Source of the DNA: Podarcis liolepis
Lineage: Eukaryota
NCBI GenBank assembly: GCA_965112155.1
Contig: OZ218099.1
Direction: 5' to 3' (one strand)
Length of the DNA: 64,000 nucleotides
Made by a program: the position numbers and the translations under genes. This document shows positions 59,701 through 64,000 of the stretch, piece by piece (position 1 is the stretch's first letter; every line of letters starts with the position of its first letter). The notes beneath the pieces were generated by a model. The model was not told the origin of the DNA, searched no databases, and saw nothing but the letters and a program-made list of their open reading frames with translations.

Positions 59701-60689
59701 CACTCATCTCCTTCCCGCATGCGAATGAGGTTGTACGCCCCCCGCAGGTCCAACTTGGTGAACACTCTGCCCTTCCGTACCTTTGCCAGGAGGTCGTCAA
59801 TACGGGGCATGGGGAAGTCCGATGGCCTAGTCAGACTGTTCAAAATCCTGTAATCCACTACCAGTCTTTTCTGGGGCGTGTCCCGCTTCTTAACAAAGAA
59901 TACGGGACTGCCCCCCACTGCCCTGGACTCCCGGATGAAGCCGCGTTGCAAATTATGGTCAATGAACTCTTTGAGTTCCTGCAGTTCGTCCTCTGACATG
60001 GAATACAGTTTCCCTTTAGGCAGCGCCGCCCCCGGCAGCAGGTCAATTTTGCAGTCATATGGTCTGTGAGGGGGTAGCCTGTCTGCCTCCTTCTCGCAGA
60101 AAACTTCCAAAAATTCAGCGTACTTGTGTGGAATCGCTTGCAGCGTGCCTAGCAGCAGCTGTGACTCCTCTTCCTCTCCTTCCTGCCTGGGCACGATGCA
60201 GTGTTCAGCACAAAAGGAAGAGCCGAAGGTCAGCTGCCTCTGGTAACAAGCCATCGCTGGGCTGTGCTTGTCCAGCCAACTCATGCCCAATACAATGGGC
60301 GTGTCAGATAGTCGAGTGACGTTGAAGCTGATGATTTCTCTGTGATTCCCAAGTCGCATCACCATTGGTGGCGTCTGCTTCACCACTTGCCCCCCGAGCA
60401 GCTCCCTGCCATCCACCGTGACAACCTGCAGGGGCAGTGTGGCCGGCAGCAACTGCACAGCGTGCCTGTCGACAAAGTCCTGCCCTATAAAGTCCGCATT
60501 GCTGCCTGAGTCAATGGTGATTGGCACGTCCATGGTGATTCCATTGGGCAGTTGGAGAGACGCTGTGAGCCTCACTACTGGTTTGGGCGGGAGGGGGTTC
60601 ACGGGCTGTAAAATCGCTGGGGACTGCGTCACTAACACGTCTGGCTGGGCCCCAGTGCCTCTTCCTCCAGCCAGACAGCCTCGTTTCCC
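56082..60689 (-). CDS. pol: Pol polyprotein (protease, RT, RNase H, integrase, chromodomain-like, long acidic tail), probably expressed by -1 frameshift from gag
   Basis: Protease IDSGS; RT MPFGL and FLDDILIFS; RNase H ETDASD; integrase H..H..C..C, DDE core and GPY. The track ORF 56082-60767 has no ATG upstream of the slip site. Confidence 0.93.
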   Translation of the reverse strand, partial: GKRGCLAGGRGTGAQPDVLVTQSPAILQPVNPLPPKPVVRLTASLQLPNGITMDVPITIDSGSNADFIGQDFVDRHAVQLLPATLPLQVVTVDGRELLGGQVVKQTPPMVMRLGNHREIISFNVTRLSDTPIVLGMSWLDKHSPAMACYQRQLTFGSSFCAEHCIVPRQEGEEEESQLLLGTLQAIPHKYAEFLEVFCEKEADRLPPHRPYDCKIDLLPGAALPKGKLYSMSEDELQELKEFIDHNLQRGFIRESRAVGGSPVFFVKKRDTPQKRLVVDYRILNSLTRPSDFPMPRIDDLLAKVRKGRVFTKLDLRGAYNLIRMREGDEWKTAMFTPLGTYEYRVMPFGLQNGSHVFQAFMHHVLAGLLYKTCVCFLDDILIFSESQQEHDGHVKEVLSRLKQHRLYAKLEKCQFDVPEVDFLGYKLSDKGLAMDSAKVRAVLDWKSPRNRKEVQRFVGFANFYRKFIKGFAMQTAAITDTLSSKKKKFVWTAQAEQSFQALKRLFASEEQLLHVNPSKPMRVETDASDRAVGAVLLQKDPQGVWRPGAFYSRKLSKSEQNYTIWDRELLAIHAAFKAWRHFLIGAKHTVQVCTDHKNLEHWRTAQFLNQRQIRWAEFFANFDFRIEYVPGDTNIMADALSRKPQYLEDATPAAAMHIFAPAVWACAAATVDLEAVRRALQEDSFAQAKMAEVQRGKAAADGFRLRDGLLIRKGAIYVPGDELRAKVLQQLHDAPTAGHFGKEKTVELVARDFWWPGMRGEVADYVARCDTCQRAKPVHKPPAGLLEPLQTPVEPWERVALDFVTDLPSSRGKTAVLVVVDLFSKMAHFIPCAKVATAEQTAKLFIDHVFKVHGLPRSILSDRGRQFISNFWQKLMGFLNVKINLASARHPQTNGQAERVNAIMQQYLRCYANQQPATWVDYLPLAEFAYNNTKHVSTGVTPFFANNGRHPRTFPGLERMGEGEPQTADAFASELQEVHDQLRRHLELAKHAYKVQADKHRRVGEELHVGDWVWLAAHAVPARSLAKKKLGHKQLGPYQVEEQVNPVAFRLALPEGSRMHPVFHRSVLTPYKAPHRFQEPGTAPSPVRDRTGHAEVAQKERINEVTEILDSRWGEEGVEYFLAKEGTPASANSWVPGYALDEPLLKDEFHALFPHRPMPAEYFDDWLFTPTLSASTFRGFDSDEDPTQDVRSPEGSPSGSASEPSYWWDDRPEEQWRRRWLEGPGRATPTGGSEGETDMDVFGDDPGFEHGGTEMEAEVTVVDESGEEDPGDFRWRPATGSDRYPTFVPLQQQPPAPAPEGGEGGMGGFEGGMDVRGLGAEARAREETESEGEEAEEKMSDDDDPRSPSLSSESEDSQKGAPVARARGESRGAPQEDRAREDSGGSSWKSGPASPPGSREEEGSQGGSAGSSPQEGGHESGVATPPQEGGHESGMATPPSGSEETVERKVEGWARAPSSNAEEGGAVSSPEREPGPKARRKEAGGSGSASEESRKEEAPGGRGTQRRTVRRKRWSKARILSWCTQGGDSDGASPT
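56749..56760 (-). other. Polypurine tract
   Basis: GGGGGGGATGGA immediately 5' of the 3' LTR on the - strand. Confidence 0.85.
60617..60689 (-). promoter_or_regulatory. -1 ribosomal frameshift signal (G GGA AAC + pseudoknot)
   Basis: Heptamer 60689-60683 in the gag frame; 6-nt spacer; 10-bp stem GTCTGGCTGG/CCAGCCAGAC; loop CTGGGG pairs with downstream CCCCAG. Confidence 0.82.
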
Positions 60690-61696
60690 TGCTGTGGTCC
60701 TCCTTGCTGTGTTGCTGCAGTCACCATTGCTGAGGCTGCAGTGAGCTTGTGGGGCCTCTGGGGACACTCTTTCGCCATATGCCCTGGCTCCTCACAGACG
60801 TAACACTTCCTGTTCCCTCTAGGAGGCTTCGCTTTCACTGCTGCTGGTGCTAGGGCTCTGGTTGCTGACTGAGCCCTTGCACCTCCCACCTCCATAGGTT
60901 CGGCTCCTCCTCCTGGCGGAGGCGTGGATTGCGTCCGCGCTGCTTCCCTGGGAAAGAAGGAGGGGCCCCCGGCTGGTTCGCGCCCTCCACGCCCTTCGTC
61001 CCTGTTCCACGGACGTCCTTCCAGCCTCACCCCCACTGCCAGTGCCCTCTGAACGACCTCCTGGGTGGTTCGGGGTCTCTCCCCCCTGGCGATCTCATCT
61101 TTAATCGAGTTATGCAGCCCCTCCCAAAAGAGGTCTCTTACAGGAGCCGAATCTCTGTCCCATTCCAGGGCACTGACCAAGGCGAAAAAGCGGGCATGGT
61201 ACTGCCTGACGCTGGCCCTCCCTTGTCTCAGCCCATGCACCTCCTTCCGTGCAAGATCCACGTCAATACTTGATAAAAAACACCCATCCATTGCTTTAAT
61301 AAAGGCATCTGCATTCTGTAGCGCCGGATCCTTATCTCTCCATAAATTGCGTAGCCATGCTCTCGCATCCCCATGCAGATGGGACATGATGAACCCCACT
61401 CTCTCTTGTTCATCTCTAAAGTCTTTATGCAGCAGTTGCAGTGCGCACAGTATGTCGGCTCTAAAGTTGGGATACTGTTGCAGGTTCCCATCGAAGTGAG
61501 AGACCAGCCCGCCTGTCCGTCTCGCCAACCCAATGCCCTCCTGCCGGGGTGTCTGCTTTGTCAGCACGTCTAACCTGACCTGGAGATCCCTGCAGGCTGC
61601 GGCTGCTTCCTCCTCCCTCTTCCTGGATGCTAGAGCCTCGGCGTTCAGTTGTGCCACCGCGTTTCTGAGTTCCTCTATCTGCTGCTCAGCCGTCAT
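60632..61696 (-). CDS. gag: Gag (coiled coil, capsid, CCHC zinc knuckle), 354 aa
   Basis: Intact ORF; LRQGRASVRQY capsid motif, EPMEVG motif, CYVCEEPGHMAKEC knuckle. Confidence 0.93.
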   Translation of the reverse strand: MTAEQQIEELRNAVAQLNAEALASRKREEEAAAACRDLQVRLDVLTKQTPRQEGIGLARRTGGLVSHFDGNLQQYPNFRADILCALQLLHKDFRDEQERVGFIMSHLHGDARAWLRNLWRDKDPALQNADAFIKAMDGCFLSSIDVDLARKEVHGLRQGRASVRQYHARFFALVSALEWDRDSAPVRDLFWEGLHNSIKDEIARGERPRTTQEVVQRALAVGVRLEGRPWNRDEGRGGREPAGGPSFFPREAARTQSTPPPGGGAEPMEVGGARAQSATRALAPAAVKAKPPRGNRKCYVCEEPGHMAKECPQRPHKLTAASAMVTAATQQGGPQQGNEAVWLEEEALGPSQTC

Positions 61697-61773
61697 GTCG
61701 TCTGCCGTTCGTGAGCTTGCTAGTAGGCACCTGTGTCTCTCCCCTCCTCGAGGCTGTAGATGCCCACAAGTTG

Positions 61774-61784
61774 AGACGGAGCTT
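61774..61784 (-). promoter_or_regulatory. Self-priming primer-binding site
   Basis: AAGCTCCGTCT, 2 nt after the 5' LTR, is the exact complement of AGACGGAGCTT at 61933-61923 within the LTR; no TGG tRNA-type PBS. Confidence 0.78.
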
Positions 61785-61786
61785 AC

Positions 61787-62578
61787 TGTCAGAGCTGCTT
61801 GAAGATCCTAGCTCACAGAGGATCACGCTAGCCAGCGGTCATTAAGTAAAAGTCTTTATTGAATTACAGTTTCCATTCTCACGCTGCTGCGCGCAACTCT
61901 ACGCCTAGTAGCTAGGTCGGCGAAGCTCCGTCTGAGTCTCCGCCCTGTGTGCACCAACTTAATATCCTAGCCTTGCTCCACCTTTTCCTCCTGACTGTCC
62001 TCCTCTGGGTCCCTCTACCCCCCGGGGCTTCTTCCTTCCGGGATTCTTCTGACGCTGACCCAGACCCTCCTGCCTCCTTGCGCCGGGCTTTAGGACCTGG
62101 CTCTCTTTCGGGGCTGCTTACTGCGCCGCCTTCCTCTGCATTTGAACTTGGCGCGCGCGCCCAACCTTCCACTTTCCTCTCAACCGTTTCTTCGCTCCCC
62201 GATGGAGGTGTGGCCATCCCCGACTCATGTCCTCCCTCCTGTGGAGGTGTGGCCACTCCTGACTCATGTCCTCCCTCCTGTGGTGAGCTGCCAGCGCTTC
62301 CCCCCTGGCTCCCTTCCTCTTCCCTGCTTCCTGGCGGTGACGCTGGTCCCGATTTCCAGCTGCTCCCCCCTGAGTCCTCTCTGGCTCTGTCTTCCTGGGG
62401 TGCCCCCCTAGACTCCCCCCTTGCCCTCGCCACTGGTGCTCCTTTCTGTGAATCCTCTGATTCACTGGAAAGACTAGGAGATCTCGGGTCGTCGTCGTCA
62501 CTCATCTTTTCTTCTGCCTCCTCCCCTTCGCTCTCTGTTTCCTCCCTTGCCCGTGCTTCTGCTCCTAAACCCCTGACA
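61787..62578 (-). repeat. 5' LTR
   Basis: Direct repeat of 55957-56748; TATA-like TATTAAG at 61964-61958, predicted TSS ~61933. Confidence 0.96.
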
Positions 62579-64000
62579 GGTGCGTTCCTTTTCATAAAGG
62601 CCACTGCAGAGGCTGCAGTTTGCTTGACATGAGTCAGTCTTTGCCTGCCAGCACCAAGCAGCTGTTCTGGTATTCAGCAGGAAAGGTCCCATTTACACCA
62701 TGCAGTGGGTTGCAGTGTGCACAGGGTCTCTGAACAGCGAGGAACCAAAAATCTGCAAAGCCCACTCAGTTTCACCTGCTTCTGCTGGGGTGAACAAATT
62801 GAGGATTTGATTTATTTATCAAATTTCTCCTCACCTAGCCCTAGCTTTAACTATTCCTACTTCTTGGATAGTTGTAACTATTGGAGCACATACTGACTAC
62901 AGTTGTTGGTTAGAGAGAAAAATGTTCCACATCTCACAAACGGGAATGAAGTGTCTTTCCCCGTAAGCATACTGAAGACCTATGGCATATTTAAAACAAT
63001 AGGCAGAAAGCCAAGCGCAGCTCATTATACATCCTCATTTTTCGGTCATTACAACATCTCTATACAGATGCATTGTTCAGTAGTAACTCACCTCGCTACT
63101 TAAAAGCTGGTCTTGTTTCCTTGAGTGTTCACGCTACTAACTTTGTTTGTATTTGAAATGTTAAGAATTATAAAACTGGTTGCATTTTTTCAGCACTGAA
63201 AACATCAAACCTTTAGGTAATTTTTGAGAGACTGGTCTCTTGGAGAGCATGCAATGTCCCCAAATGAGTCCCATTTTTATACATACATACAGTGTTAATT
63301 GATTTGACGTAGGGTCTTCAATGCACTGAATTTCCAAGGTTGCAAGGCTGGGGGGTGATTGGGAATGCTACAGGACCTCATTGAGTTTACAAAAGTTCAG
63401 AAGAAACTTGCATATATCTGCTACCTTCTTGCCTTCTGAGAACTCTCCATGTTTACCCTAACCAATAAAATATCAGAGTCCCATATATCTCCTTGTATCG
63501 TACTGTATATGTAGGAGCCAGGCCCGGCTGTGTGGCTTTTTGAGATGGCTTTTCTTTTCGCAATATGCCCTTTTCTAATCCTTCGGATGAAATGCTTTAT
63601 TTGTGCCACTGTCTCAGGCATGTTGAAAGATCAGAAAACAGGTATTTGATGATAGGGATGAAATTAGCCTCTGTGCTTCCTTCCATCAATTACTAAGGGT
63701 AGTGCCAGAATACCAGCTTACTTTGAACTGTAGCTGCGGAATTTCACCACTGGGATCTACATGTGAGAGGTCCATTTTCAATATGAAATAATGATGTGAT
63801 GATGAAAAAGCACGCCCCCCCTTTTTTGGTGCAGCTATTAAGAGCATTGGAGCATAGATCCATAATGAATTTTGTAACCTTAAATTTAGGTCCTCTTGCC
63901 AAATAGAAATAACTAGAATGAACTGAACAAAATATTTCCTGTGGTGTAAGATGAAAATCGAGAGCATTATAATGAGCAACCAGACTTCATTATCATGCAT

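Larger units (their letters stand above)
55957..62578 (-). mobile_element. Intact Ty3/Gypsy LTR retrotransposon (chromovirus, Tf1/Sushi/PEG10-like), 6622 bp
   Basis: Two 792-bp TGTCA...TGACA LTRs; 5-bp TSD GGTGC (55952-55956, 62579-62583); uninterrupted gag and pol with PR-RT-RH-IN-chromodomain order; PPT next to the 3' LTR. Confidence 0.97.

Noticed and set aside
57592-60744. Many overlapping ORFs within pol on both strands
   Set aside because: Expected in GC-rich coding sequence; no recognisable motifs.
60690-60767. Track start of pol at 60767
   Set aside because: Non-ATG start overlapping the gag zinc-knuckle region; the -1 frameshift at 60689-60683 explains pol expression better.
62584-64000. 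MBTD1 terminal exon (expected to end ...IKQEP)
   Set aside because: Not found by eye; presumably beyond the window.

Overview
Eukaryotic, intron-rich vertebrate DNA, most likely from a squamate (a lacertid-type lizard, judging by its Sauria/Squam SINEs). Three host genes were read by hand from splice sites and reading phase. (1) CSNK1D: first coding exon and CpG-island promoter, - strand; the gene runs off the left edge. (2) UTP18: complete 13-exon CDS, - strand, 537 aa. (3) MBTD1: + strand, 16 coding exons visible, terminal exon not found; it sits head-to-head with UTP18 across a shared CpG island. The standout feature is an intact, apparently very young 6.6-kb Ty3/Gypsy chromovirus (Sushi/PEG10-like), antisense in a late MBTD1 intron (55957-62578). 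It has 792-bp LTRs with no differences seen by eye, a 5-bp TSD and a GGGAAAC + pseudoknot -1 frameshift. It lacks a tRNA primer site and instead has an 11-nt self-priming site complementary to its predicted 5' end. Its chromodomain lacks the aromatic cage, and its pol ORF reads about 220 codons into the LTR. Also notable is a Penelope-derived perfect 183-bp inverted repeat carrying two opposed minimal hammerhead ribozymes in MBTD1 intron 7. Introns contain many SINEs, MITEs and LINE fragments. All family assignments are from motif recognition, with no database search.
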